A DNA stretch of 51,673 nucleotides from Atractiella rhizophila (taxonomy: Eukaryota), in NCBI GenBank assembly GCA_021432655.1, contig MU271508.1, forward strand, positions 1-51,673, written 5' to 3'. The translations under genes and the position numbers were made by a program. Under the pieces are notes generated by a model. The model had not been told where the DNA came from. It was given only the letters and a program-made list of their open reading frames with translations, and did not search any database. Below, one piece after another: positions 35,938 to 48,841 of this stretch; position 1 is the first letter of the stretch, and each line of letters starts with the position of its first letter.

Positions 35938-36852
35938 CTACGAATCCTCTTCCTCCTCGCTGTCCAATATCGGCTCCTCCTCCTCGATTCGTACCTTTCC
36001 ACCTCCCCTCCTCGCGCTCCTATCTCCACCCATCGCCCTCCTCTCGTTCGCCAATGCCTCCTCGTCCTCCAGGTCAAGGTCCAGTGAGAACCTGTAGTCG
36101 CGCGCCGCATTCAAGTCAATTGCAGCGGGACGCTTGAAAATGGATTTGCCCGAACTGTGCAACTACCAGTCAGCAAGGGAATGTTAGACGGGGGGACGAC
36201 GTACCGTCGCATGACAGAAGCGAGGCGGAAGAATTGGATCCCGTTCCTTCCGATGAGGAGGAAGGTGTCGAACATTTCTTCTCCTTTGGCTGAACAGCCA
36301 GAGAAGAAGATGAACATGAGCGTGAGGATGCAGAAGAGGGTTATAAGCAGGTCGAAGATGTTGTATGGTGACTTCCAAAATTGCTGTCAATCAACAGTCC
36401 GTTTAGCGAAGCTGCTCGGAAGAAGAGTCATGGAGAGCTTAAGGAGACACACCTTTCCGAATGCCACCCAACGAATTGCTACCTCGAGGATGAGAGATAA
36501 GTTGACTACTGTTTCGAGCACGTAGAAAGAGGCGGTGGGACATTCGTTCATTAGGGAGAGGACGAGGGTGGTAAGGCTGAGCGCAGCCATGGTAAGGTAT
36601 CTTGTCCCAATGTCAAGTTGCAACCAGAGAGCAAGAGGGAGAAACGCACAGGTAAATATATGCTAATGAAAAGACAAAGCGATTTGCAACTCCTTTGAAG
36701 ACCTCACTTCGCGAAATGTAATACTGGCTCCTCGTGCCCCTTCAACACAACATTTATCTGTCCATCACCCCTTTGAAATGCAGCGAGAGGAAGGCATACC
36801 TCACTTCCCCACTACTTCCCATCGCTGGATTAACCGTAGGCAGCCCATCCAT
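35938..36852 (-). CDS. Four-TM voltage-sensor/ion-transport-domain-like membrane protein
   Basis: Spliced product: VANRFVFSLAYIYLYLTMAALSLTTLVLSL; FYVLETVVNLSLILEVAIRWVAFG (S2-like); FWKSPYNIFDLLI (S3-like); LLIGRNGIQFFRLASVMRR (S4-like); acidic tail. The 5' exon is tentative. Confidence 0.7.
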
Positions 36853-37060
36853 CAATCTTCACTCCTTTGGAACTATGGATTCCTCCTCAAGAATGGTCGC
36901 TTCGCTTCGTTTGGTGAGGCTGTCGCAGTGGCAAGGTTGACATCAAGCATTCCTACCAAACAAATCCATCACGAAAGTCGCGTCCAAAACATCTCAGCCA
37001 ATTTCCAGACGTGTTTGGTGCAAACGGACTAGCATCTGATATCCACAGATTGCCTCACAT

Positions 37061-38372
37061 ATGGCTCCTAGAAGACGCACCAGAGCAATTGCCACCTCAC
37101 CTCTGGACTCACCGGCTGGTTCAGAGGACGAAGCTCCAGCACCAGAAGCAGTAAGGAAACGGCGCATGGTTGCAAAGAAGGAAAAGAAACCTCAAATTTC
37201 TTCTAGAGACTTCGAGGAAGAGGAGAACAAGGCGGATATGGAGTTGGACTTCGATTTCGACACGGATGATGTATTTATTGGGAAGGACATTGGAGGGAGG
37301 AAGTTGAATAACTTAATCACAGAGTGGAACGTAAAGGAAATGGCTTTGAATGAGGGTTTGGACTTTATTAAGCAAGCGGCGATCGATGTGGAGGAGTGTA
37401 AGGTGTTTCAGGATGGTGTTGGTGTGAGTATCCAACTATGCTGTCCCTTTATTCTTTATTGGGACGGTGTGTCGAACGTATGAAACAGGATGATGTCGTT
37501 GTGATGCTCGATAAAGAATGGAGGGCGTTGAGCGACAAGATCTCTGAGCTGGAAGCGTGGAGGACTGCCTTGTCCAACCTCCGGTCACGTTTATCGCGAG
37601 ACGATGAAGTGGTTCGTTGCCCCTCATACCTACATCAATATACTGAAGATTAATTCTTGGAAAAAATCAATAGACTCAACCAGCAGAGACGGTACGGGAG
37701 GCAGTCGCGGCAGCAACGTCAGAGTTGGCAAACAAAACAGAGGTGCAGAAATACGGAAAGAATAAGGCGTACGCTCAATTCAGACAGGAGATTCACGTTC
37801 GCCTTCTTCCCTCGCTCTCCCTCTGGAATTCTTTATGTCTCATCTGCGAGAGCAGGAAGTCAACAACTCCGGCACGGCGATGAAGCCAGCCAAATCCTTT
37901 CTTCCTAGTACGTTATTTCTCATTTTACCCTTCACATTTGACGGTATGAACGTGTTTATCATCTGATTATTTGGGAGCAGAAGGCGATGGTGAATCCGAC
38001 TCGGATTCCGACATCGAAGTTGGGGGATCCACTCAAACTTTCAAATGTCCAATCACTATGGGTTGGCTCGAGGATGCTGTGAAAAGCACAGTTTGCGGGC
38101 ACCAGTACTCTCGCGAAGGCGTTTACAGTTATATTAGGGAAAATAGTGGTGCGGTTGAATGCCCTGTGACTGGCTGCGATAAAAAGTATGTCTCACAGTC
38201 CCTACCTATTACCACTCTGGTGGGATCTAAGATGGTATTTAGGATCACGATGAATAGCTTGAGAGATGACCCGAATCTGTCTAGGAGAGTCAAGGAACAT
38301 CGGCGGAGGGATGAAGGAAGGAGACAGATGGGTGCGACACAGTTTCAGAACATTGAAGATGATAGCGATTGA
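37061..38372 (+). CDS. MMS21: Nse2/Mms21 SP-RING SUMO ligase of Smc5/6
   Basis: An N-terminal helical region followed by DSDIEVGG..FKCPIT...AVKSTVCGHQYSRE.V...VECPVTGC (Nse2-type SP-RING). Confidence 0.85.
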
Positions 38373-38661
38373 TGATACCTGTGAGCATCTGCCTTAAATT
38401 CGAGTAGTAATCTTTGTGAAATAATTACTTCGTTTTTCTGTGAGGCCAGTCTGAAGGAGTTACTCTTGCTGACAAAACGTCTCATACCCGCCATTGTCGT
38501 CTTCATTCAGGACCTCTCAAGACAGTCACAACTGCCTAAACTACTCCGGGCATGATGGCTACATTCAGCTAATTTAGTATCTCATTACTAAAATCACATA
38601 CGCAATCTAAACATCTAACGTCCCAGACGTGTATTTACGATCAAGAGCGAAACAACCATTA

Positions 38662-39558
38662 CTAAAGCCACAGTGCCGCATCGGGGTATCTCTGCACTGG
38701 GACATCCCATCTCCTCCGACCATCCCACGACCAAAAATCCCTCCACCCTCTCGAAGACCATCCTCTTTCCTTCCTCTGTCTCCCCTGTCTCATCTCATCG
38801 AGGTCCCGCTCTGACGTTTCCCATGGCTTTCTCTTTATTTGCATCCCTAACCTCGCAAGCTCTTCAACTCCCACTCGCGTGTCGAAACCGTACTCGTTTC
38901 CTGGAGGGAACTCGTGGNNNNNNNNNNNNNNNNNNNNNNNNNNNNNNNNNNNNNNNNNNNNNNNNNNNNNNNNNNNNNNNNNNNNNNNNNNNNNNNNNNN
39001 NNNNNNNNNNNNNNNNNNNNNNNNNNNNNNNNNNNNNNNNNNNNNNNNNNNNNNNNNNNNNNNNNNNNNNNNNNNNNNNNNNNNNNNNNNNNNNNNNNNN
39101 NNNNNNNNNNNNNNNNNNNNNNNNNNNNNNNNNNNNNNNNNNNNNNNNNNNNNNNNNNNNNNNNNNNNNNNNNNNNNNNNNNNNNNNNNNNNNNNNNNNN
39201 NNNNNNNNNNNNNNNNNNNNNNNNNNNNNNNNNNNNNNNNNNNNNNNNNNNNNNNNNNNNNNNNNNNNNNNNNNNNNNNNNNNNNNNNNNNNNNNNNNNN
39301 NNNNNNNNNNNNNNNNNNNNNNNNNNNNNNNNNNNNNNNNNNNNNNNNNNNNNNNNNNNNNNNNNNNNNNNNNNNNNNNNNNNNNNNNNNNNNNNNNNNN
39401 NNNNNNNNNNNNNNNNNNNNNNNNNNNNNNNNNNNNNNNNNCCTGCATCGTGACGATTATCAGCAATTGCTTTTCGAGCTGAAGACGGAGATGGCACACC
39501 ATTTCTTCGCTCCGACAATGCGAGAGCTGCTTCCTGGTAGAGGTTGAACAAAAGGCAT
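38662..39558 (-). CDS. Hypothetical protein interrupted by the assembly gap
   Basis: Probable first exon MPFVQPLPGSSSRIVGAKK, then a GT...CTGAT...CAG intron ending at the gap edge. After the gap an open frame reads HEFPPGNEYGFDTRVG...RYPDAALWL*. Joining the two parts is an assumption. Confidence 0.4.
38918..39441. other. Assembly gap (524 N)
   Basis: Run of N characters. Confidence 1.
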
Positions 39559-40331
39559 TATTTGGTTAGGTTGAAGATGCGATTGGAAAAGAGAACGTGT
39601 TTGGATGAGCATAAGGTGAACATATTCGTGCCTTTTTATGGACATATTTGGCAGGCTGGAAACAATGAGGATCAAAGTCTTGCATGCCTTGTGTTGGCTG
39701 ATTACCGCTCTCCCTTCTTCTCTCTCTTGACAATCACGAGTGACCAGGAACAATTGATATCGAGACAAGGACCAGAGAAAATCTGGCCTTGTCTTGGTGA
39801 CAAAGGAGCGACAACTGCTTCAGCAGCGTTGTCCCTTGTGCGAATGCGCCTGGTTTCTTCGTCTTTCTGTACCAACGCATGCCGTTCGAAATGTGCTGCA
39901 TTCCTGTCACCGTCCAAATCTGGTTGAAGTCTGTTAATTCGTGATCATTCACTTCGGCTCTGCCGCTCCTACTGATAAGCTGTGATAACTATTAAATACC
40001 GACGCAAAGAAGGGCGAATTGGGCAATCGGTGTTACCGCACTCCCTTGTTTCGGATCTATCTGCAAGTTGCTGATCGCCTTAAGATCGCCTCGAACACGC
40101 GAAACTAAGAAGGTTCCCACTGTCTGGGATAAATTGAAGCTCCGCTCTAGAGGGCTCCAGAAGTCTTCAAGAGCTTGTCAAAAGCGTAAAGACGACCAGG
40201 ACGGCATCTCCAGGCGTCCAATATTCTCTGTTCGACTTCAATCTTTTCAGACGCTTTCTCTTCTTCGGTCTTTTCTTTCCACCATCGAACCTCCAGTTTC
40301 GACGATTCCCAACCCAAAACGACCAGCGACG

Positions 40332-42366
40332 ATGAGGCTCGCGAAGATATCACCCTTTGGCGTGGTGGCATTGATGGCAACAACATCTGTGATGGCACAG
40401 GATGGTGGTGTGAATACGACGCTCCCAGGATGTATGAGCTTGGCTGGCAGCGTTATGTGTCCCAGGTCGGTTTCTCCTCTTTGCTTATTTTGGGTTCGAG
40501 CGCCACATCTCGTCTCAAGATGCTCTCTCGGGCATGCTTGCTACGACGTTGGGCGTCTGCTTACGTTGATCAGGCTTTCGAGCTTGCAGCAAGCGTTAAG
40601 AAAATTTCTCAACCATTTGATTCGGGGAAGGAAGATCGTGTGAGCAAGTGTTGATTAGTGCATTGCAGGTTCCAAGACCAGTTCCTCAAGCCTTCTGCAT
40701 TGGCGGCTCAGTGGCCATTCTTTTCTTCCATCGATACCACCTCTGGACTCTCCGTCGTCTCCTTCGATTCCTTCTTTCGCAACTATCTCACTTCCCAATT
40801 CGCCATCCAAAAAATCAGGGACGAGCTGGGCTGTTCTAACTTCAATTATGGAAATCAAATCCAGTGGGGTTCGTTTTCTTTCCCATTCCTGCAGCGGATC
40901 GAAATGACATCGTTTTGGTTTGAAGCTCAAACGATGATCTGTGGCGTCTTCGTTGCTGGTTCTCAAGACTGCTTCAATGGGACGAGTGTCGATCATCGAA
41001 TGACTTGTCAATCGACTTGCTACGAAATGAGCTTCTCGGAATTGGCCCTCGTCAACAATACCAATGTATGCCCACCACCTGCACTGCCAGGTTCATCTCG
41101 AGAGAAGACTTTGTGAGTTTACGTTGGTAATAAACGTGTGGAAACTGAGGCGAGTGGTCACAGAACTGCCGATTTCGTCGCTTGTACAAATTGGACGAGC
41201 CTTCAGACCAACAATACAGCTACATGTATTGAAGGTTCAACCAACGAACCCAATTGTGGTTTTGGTTCAGCAATGAACCAGTTGTGCTCGTCAGTCCTCT
41301 TTCGCTCAGATGAACACGTCTGACTTGGATATGGATGTGGATGGACAGATACTGCAATCCCCAAAACCACACTGTTCTCGTTTCAGAATGTTGTACGCGT
41401 TCGAACGTCGACCTTTCGCAGTGTAACTACACGATTGAACCGAGCGACGTTCGCATCACGCCGAGTGTTGGTACGTGTTGTCCAAGTTTGCTTCGTTATG
41501 TCTCATATTGCTTCGTTTGCTTCAGGACCTACTTCTCCTCCGAGCCAACCGTTATACACCAGCTCACCTGCCAGCACGACTGCTCTCACCTCTACCGCAC
41601 TCAATGGAACTGCCCCGGGTGGTGAAAGCAGCGACTCGAGTGGAGGTCTCTCGAATGCAGAGAAAATAGGTGGGTTGTTCTTCCACGCCATTCCCACTCA
41701 ATGCCAACTCTCGAGAAACGTCAGGTATTGCCCTTGGAGTCACTGGGTTCACTTTCATAGTTTTGGTCGCCCTGCTTGCAGTGTTTCTCCGCCGAAATAA
41801 GAAACCATATGAGCCGGAGGAAGAGTCTGAAAAACAACAATTTGCCCAAGTTGAGCCCACTGGAACACGGAGAAGGTACGTTTCACGGTCAGTTTTGTCT
41901 AAAGTAGCTAACGGAATGCAATAGCGATTCGACATACGCAACCCCTCGATCCAATTACAAGCCAGCTTTTGCCCCGCCGCCGTCTCAAATCCCAGCGGGG
42001 ATTCTCTCCATCAAGCGTCCAACAACGGCTGCATCTGAGGATCGGACGATCGTGAAAGCATATGCGGACAAGTACTCGCACGGGCTGATAACAAAAAATA
42101 CTCTCGTCAGAGTCGTATATCCGTACGAAAAGTCACTGGACGACGAACTCACTCTCAAAGTCGGAGACAAGATCAAGGTGAAGACGGTCTATGATGACGG
42201 ATGGTGCCTGGGAATGATGTTGAAGGAGGGAACTATGGAAGTGGATGAGGAGCTGGAAGGCGCGTTCCCACTCGTTTGTGTCACGATTGGGGCAAAGGAG
42301 GAAGAGGAGGGGAGGAGTAGGCAGACGAGTTTCAACAGCGCAATCGAAGATCGTCCCACAGTATGA
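40332..42366 (+). CDS. Type I membrane protein: signal peptide, Cys-rich ectodomain, S/T stalk, TM helix and C-terminal SH3
   Basis: Signal MRLAKISPFGVVALMATTSVMAQ; CMSLAGSVMCP, CQSTC and CIEGSTNEPNCGFG; TM IALGVTGFTFIVLVALLAVFL followed by RRNKK; SH3 RVVYPYEKSLDDELTLKVGDKI...YDDGWC...GAFPLVCV. Confidence 0.88.
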
Positions 42367-42862
42367 AGTTTGAAGTCAGTCTACAATTGTTCTGTCCTTT
42401 TCCCTTTTCTTTTCTTTCGTTGTTGGCAGTAATGCAGTATCGAAGAGTACAAGTCATGATACTTTCGCTGTTGGTTGACATTTTTCGTTCATTCTGGATG
42501 TGTTCGATTCGAACCAGTATTAGTTTGAGTCTCATCACTTTTTCCATTTTTCATTTGTTTCTCATGCCGATTACATCCAACTTTTCACCGAAATGTTCGC
42601 AGTTGTCGGCGTGCATCCATGTATCCCCCAAGTAATGTATCCCAGTCCGTAATATCCTCAATGTAACTTTATAAATTACCCTTCACCTCTTTTGTCGCAT
42701 GCCTGAAGGCCTTTCCAACACCGAAGCCGTACATAGTGCCGAAAGCAAGTGGGTGTGGCCCAGCTGGCAGAGCGCAGAGCGGGAAGGAAGATAAGGACGT
42801 GTTGAGAAACACAATAAAAGTTCACAATAAGGGAATATATACACAAACAAATCCCCTGAACC

Positions 42863-44534
42863 TCAAACCCTTCCACTCCCAGCAGATCGTGGAGTAGGAG
42901 TTCCCCATCCTCGTTCCTCCACCTTCCTTCTCCCAATTTCGGCTCCCAAGCCTCTCACACTCCTTCCCAACAGCTTCTTCCCCGCAGGTGTAAGACCTTT
43001 TGCTCTCTCTCGCGGTGTTTTCCCTCCAGCCGCCGCCGGGGTACCAATCGACCTTCTCGCGCTTTCCCCGCCCGTCGCTCTCTTCGCCGCCATCCTGTGA
43101 GCGAGGACCTCCCTTCTGGGGTTGGAGGTATGCGAAACGGACCATCGAATTGAGGGTCAGGGTCTGAGCTGTCGGTTACGGCTCGAGGAGTGGCAGAGAT
43201 GGTTCCCCAGGTCATGAGTTCGTCGGCGGGGAGAGCGTGAGGGACTGGAGTGGGCAGTTCGGAGACGAACCCGTAGCCGTTCACTCGTGGGGTCATGAGC
43301 GAAGGTCGCGAGGGATGGGGCGTGCCCGCGATCGCGGCGGCGATGTGACTTCGACTGGGGGAGGGAGGAATTGAGGTGGAGGTTGAGGAGTGACGGGTGT
43401 CGTTTGGTAGACGGGTGTTTTCGTACATTATCTTGGGAGGTTCTTGGGGGAGTGAGAGCTCAGTTTTGTTCTGTTCTTTCTTGAGAGTTGTTTTGAGGCC
43501 TTGTACGGGAACGTCGACGTCTGGAGGAAACATGAGCGAGTTCCGTGCCTACTCTTCCATCAGAATTGGTTCATACACAGTGTTGTGGATGGGCGTACTT
43601 TGTAAGGCCAAGGCTCAACCAGGGTCTGTTCAGTTTCCAATACTACCCTAGGCAGGCTCTCGTCCTCTTCCTCCTCTTGAAGATCGATCTTCTCCACCTC
43701 CTCATCTTTCCTCCCTCCCTCCTTCACCGACGCTCCTTCAATCATCAACCTCTCCTTCCTCCCTCCATCCTCAATGGGCAACCACCTCCCACTCTCCGTC
43801 TGTCTACCCATAACAAGCTTTCTATCGCCCGGTCGTCCAGGTGCACCTTCAATGAGACGGACCTCTCCACCATCACTTATCATCCTACTGATCTCGACCA
43901 CTCGTTCCCTCTCCAACCTCTTCTCTCTCTCCCTCGCATTCGCCTCTTCCTCCGCCTCGTAAGCCCACGCGTACTTGCGCTTCCGCTCCGCATTCGAACT
44001 CTCGAGGATGTTGGAGAACGAACTGTTGTCTTCGGACGTGAAACGGGCCTGGTAGTCGGAGAGGGAAAGCGTGGATGGGATGTGCGGGAAGATGCTGTTG
44101 AAGGAACGGAGTTGGGGGTCGGGAACGGCAGTGCGAAGAGGGGTGTCGCCGAATGCAGTGAAGGGTGTCCGACCTGGGGTCACGTCTGCGATAAGAACAC
44201 AATCAGCATCTTCTCCCTGCTCGAGTTCAATATTGAAGTGATTTAGGGTTTGCGATGCCCAACCCAATGTGAAGAGTGAAAGAGACAACACACCTTCCCG
44301 TCTGCTCTTCTGCTTGCTCTTTTCCGTCTCAAGTTCCTTCCTAACCCTCTCATTGAACCCAATCTCCGCCGCTCTCCTCGTCTCGATCTCAGTATCGATG
44401 TCCAAGAGCTGAGGGAAGAAGTCGCGCTTGATGATGTACGACAGCCCATCGATGTAGTCTTCTTCAGCGAGCACCTGCTGCGAGTAGATAGACCGTGCTC
44501 CTGCGTTCTTCGTAACAAGGGCGGAGGATGTCAT
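42863..44534 (-). CDS. ESS2: Ess2/DGCR14 splicing factor (apparent 1-nt frameshift at 43118-43121)
   Basis: VLAEEDYIDGLSYIIKRDFFP, LSLSDYQARFTSEDNSSF, WPYK, NTRLP, PRVNGYGFV, LMTWG, FRIPPTP and LTPAGKKLL. Confidence 0.92.
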
Positions 44535-44719
44535 CTGTTGCCTAAACCTTTCCAATCCAACAAAGCGTTCTACCTTACCTGAATATTCTTTGGACAAAGT
44601 TGGGTTTTGCCACTGAGATTAGATTTGCTGCGGTCAAACATTTTGTGTTTACCAACTTTGCCGCTATTTTTTCAAAGACTGCAACGCTCATCTGAGCAAC
44701 TAATCAACTGGGAACCTGA

Positions 44720-45806
44720 ATGCTTCGAATATTTGCCATAAATCCCAAAATGCTTCGCTCCAGCCGGCAAACTGTCTTTCCTATCTCACGAACCATTTCA
44801 TTTCAACCAGCTCGACCACAAACACCCTTGCTTCTCACTCTTCCTTTCCGACACTTCTCAAGCACCATCCCACGCACCCAAGACTCGAACTCAGCCTCAA
44901 ACTCGGAGGCAGACACAAACACCGATTCGACGGAACGCCCAATCAGAAGAAAATTCGACAGGTCGCGGCTGCAGCAGCCAGACCCTTCTCGAGCCTGGCT
45001 CAAATGGGGCTTCTTCACTCACATCCCTCCTCCTCCCGAGAGCGCTTTCAGGGACGAGAAAGAGTATCTTCGATGGTTTGGGAAGGAGATTTGGGCTCCG
45101 TGGGGCGGTCACCGACCTCGACTAGACACCATGGCACAGCGGTATTTCGTCTTGTCCGTCCTCCTTCCTAACCTCTCCTTTTTTTTCTTTCTCGTTTCAT
45201 TGTTGACCGAAGGAACGCAACTGGTGTAGAAAGGGACACGAAAACTCACCTCTGCCGCGTATCCTGGCCCGATTCGAAACCTTCGAAGCGATGGCAAAAG
45301 CCTGGCACGCATTCCCAGGTCAAATGGTGATCCAACCCACCCTCTTCCCCCTTGTCCATCCCTTCACGACCACTCTCCGCATCAACAACGTTCCACGAGG
45401 AATCACAAAGGACGAGATGGCCCGAAACTTTCCCTACCTCTCCTTTCCCCGGTTGCTCTACCACCGAACCCAACGGTACTCGAACGATTTGAACCAGGTG
45501 GCGGTCGTTTGGGAGTGCAAGAATAATGAAGAGGTTACTTTGGCTATGAAGCATGGAGCGGTGGGGAGTGGAAAGGGCATTTGGAGGGTGAGCTGTATGG
45601 GGACCGCTAAGCAGATTCTTCGTGGTCTCGATGAAGCTAAACCCAAAGAGGGGGAGGAGGGGGAGAGCAAGACGGACAGTTTGGAGGCTTTCGTGAAAGG
45701 AGAAGTGAAAGGAGAAGGGAAAGAGAACGACAAAGGGGAGGGCGATTCTTCTAACCCTCTTCTAGAGTATCTGAGCGGCAGAGCGGCTAGAGATTCGAAC
45801 CATTAG
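44720..45806 (+). CDS. Putative mitochondrial tandem RRM-like protein, paralog 3
   Basis: Presequence ...LPFRHFSST; phase-2 intron 45154-45229. Motifs YLRWFGKEIW, RILARFETFEAMAKA, QPTLFPLVHPFTTTLRINNVP, RNFPYLS and VVWECKNNEEVTLAMKHGAVG. The start may instead be ATG 44750. Confidence 0.8.
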
Positions 45807-45914
45807 CTTGAATTAATATTTTGACCGAGTGATTCCAACACAAAATAGTAGTAGCACCATGCACGGATATGACAGAATCAGAACAACAAAACAACAAAAC
45901 ATAAAAGGAGATCG

Positions 45915-47041
45915 TTACTGAACACCTTCATTCTCCAACACCGTCCTCAACCTCTCGACTTCATCCCTCAAAGCTCGATTTCCCTCTTCAGTCCATTTAA
46001 CCAAATCCACAGCCTTCTCCAAAATCAAACTCTTACTAGCACCACCTCCCACCTCCGCCTTCCTCCCTCGCCCCCTCTTCATCCCCTTCCCCTCGTCCCC
46101 CCCGCCTTCCAAGACCTTGATCGAGATCCCGCTCTGCTCTTCCATCAAGTTCAAAATGTCGACCAGCTCCTGAAACCCAATCTTGATCGCGTTCCGCCGC
46201 TTTTGTTCGGACAGGATGTGGTTCGAACGTCGCTGGGATTCGCTCAACAGACCTATTTTCGACGCCGCCATCGCCGCCGATGACGATGCCGCCGCCGCTG
46301 AGGTCAGCGTCGATGTGGACGCTGCTGAGGCGGAGGTTGGAGGGGAGAGGTGGACGGGGTCAAAGGATGGTGACGTTTTCCGCCTCTTCGTGGCTGGCGG
46401 ATCAGATGTCAGACCAGGTCGAGTGGTGGAGGAGGTCGGAATGGAGACAGCGGGTGCGGAGATGGAATGATGGATTCCAGTGCGGTGGGGAGGAGCGGTG
46501 GGATCGAAGAGTTGTGTGTGGGTTGTGTGGGGGGTATGGGGTGGCGGGGTGAAGAGGAGTTGGGAGTGGGAGGGGTCGTGATGAGGAGGCGGGGAGGAGT
46601 AGATGGTCCCGTTTGTTGACAGGTTCCTGATCGCAGTTTGGTCCAATGTCCTCCCCACTCCATGTTCGTGAACGGAATAGTCTGGCATGGAGATATTCAT
46701 CATCCCTCCATTCATTCCTTCCACCAATGGCGCAGTCGTCCATGTGGTCTCCATCGCCATCCCTGGATAAGGAGGAGCGGAGGTGGGAAATGGAAAGTCA
46801 AAGGTGAAATCGAAGTTATTCGACTCGTCCAAGTTATCCAGGAATCCGAATATGTTGGCTGATTCCGATGCGTCCAGCAACGGAGCTGGACCGGTTAAGC
46901 CGAACCGGTGTGGCGGAGGATGGGGGAAGGCAGGGGTGAAGGAGGAGGTGGAGGCAAAGTGGAAGTCTGATCGCTCACATCAGTGAATCAGTGATACGAC
47001 GAATGGGCAAGCTCACCTTCGTAAGGTACCGGCATGGGCAT
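45915..47041 (-). CDS. bHLH(-zipper) transcription factor, Ino4/Mlx-like
   Basis: LLSESQRRSNHILSEQKRRNAIKIGFQELVDIL...SKSLILEKAVD...NRALRDEVERL. A short first exon MPMPVPYE is followed by a GTGAGC...CAG intron. Confidence 0.85.
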
Positions 47042-47836
47042 TAGATCACTGGAAGGCGGGGGTACAAATTGTGGATCAAAGATGTAAGGAGACGAATGCT
47101 CCCCTGAGCTCGAAGGAAGCATAGGAGACTGGTCCATCATATCCAAGCGGTTTTCCAGTAATTTTGAGCCCTAATAATCTGCCAAATGGTCCTGCAGAAG
47201 ACGTGCTGGACTGCGTGAAGTTTATCAACCTTTGCCTTCTCCACAGCTGGAGGTGTGTCTCCAACTCGAAAGCGTTTCCAATGCGAAGGTCTCCAGGCTG
47301 ATGCGAGATGGAGACTCGGACGGGAGAGGGACAGCGACTGGACAGGGGCAGGAATTCGAATGAAACTGGTCGCCTTGACAAGTTCGAGTGTTGATATAGA
47401 AGTTCACATTTTGATATCACGATCGGGAATCTGCGGAAGTTAATACAACCCGAGGGGCTTCCATTTTGGCGTTGCTGTCTGTACCTTGCAGGTTCCAGGG
47501 ATGGATATAAGGTAGATGTGCTAGTGAGCCTAATGGGATGATGGCGACTGCAATACCACGAATATGCGGCTGACATTGCGTGTCATCCCGCACCTACCGT
47601 TCCGTTCCATGTTTCACGAGTTGACGACAATTATACATTTAATTTCGTTAGGTTAATCCCACGACATTGCAATTGCATGAGCAAGGATTAACCTGTTATC
47701 TCCCAGCTTCAAAGACGAAGGTAGAAGCGGCGCAACGGGCGGCTATCTTCAGATCATATTGTGAGGCCGATTGTTGACTGCATCGGGGCTACTTGCTTCC
47801 AAATCCACATCTCATGTAGGATCTATCGACAGAACA

Positions 47837-48777
47837 ATGAACATCGACGACTTCCATCACAGCCTGACCGACCTTCAAGTCGAGCTAGACAGCGACGCTC
47901 AGACCCGAGATGCCTTGCGAGATGTCATCCGTCCTCTCGATCGACAGGTCAGGGCAACCCAGACGATCTTGTCCAAGGTGCACGGAGCAGGAGTCGGGCA
48001 AAAAGATTCCATTTTGAGCGAGAGCGAAGAGAGCATCAACTCCGTTAGAGAAGGACTCGGGAGGTTGCAGGGTCTTGTCAAAGACGGTGAATTTTGGTAA
48101 CCCTTCCTCTCAGGCTTGCTCTTAATATCGCAATATCGAAGATTTGTCATGCGAGATTGATGTGGCTGAGTAGGAAATGGTACGACATGTGGAAGAACGT
48201 GGTGCAATCGGCTTCCTTCTGCGTTCTCATGAGGAGATGGTTATCCGATGGTGGGTGTAGCGAAAAAGAGGAAGTGGCATCTGAACTCGGTCGTTGGTCT
48301 CTTTCAATTCTTCACTCCGGCTTTTAACTTTAATAAACAATATTGTCTCCAGTTGCTTCGCCCACTTTCTGTCTCACCACAGAAGACTATCTGCATTCTC
48401 TGCTCACCCTCGTCTCTGAGCTCTCCCGTCTATCCGTCAATTGTATCCCGCTCCGAGATTACAGAACGCCTCTCAAGATTTCCTCGTTTGCGAAGGACAT
48501 CTCGAACGGATTCGGATTGCTCGAACTACGCAACGATAGTCTGCGAAGACATTTCGATGGTTTGGTCAGCTTTTCTCCTCATCATACGTGCTCTGTGTTG
48601 ATGTTGATAGACGTCGTAGAAATACGATAATAAGAGGTGTGAAGATGGTGAGTTCCGAGCTGTGAGTGAATCGAGGACGAAGTTGAACTCGAAACAGTGG
48701 TCTATGATCTTTCCCTTCGAGGGTTGATCCCCCCAGAGACGGAAGGGAGTGAAGGAGACAAGAAACCGAATTTGTAA
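47837..48777 (+). CDS. TSN1: Translin
   Basis: LTTEDYLHSLLTLVSELSRLSVNC...DYRTPLKISSF, GFGLLELRNDSLRRHFDGLKYD and VVYDLSLRGL. Stop TAA at 48775-48777. Confidence 0.93.
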
Positions 48778-48841
48778 AGGCAGAGAACACGGAGTGAGAT
48801 TTTTAAGTGTACACAATGTATCGAAAACGCAACCCATGCGA

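Noticed and set aside
38673..39551. Long ORFs spanning the N run
   Set aside because: Artefacts of translating Ns.
40560..40600. TPP riboswitch resemblance (TTGATCAGG...AGCG) in the SH3-gene intron
   Set aside because: No upstream CTGAGA core or GATAAT-type loop, and the host gene is unrelated to thiamine.
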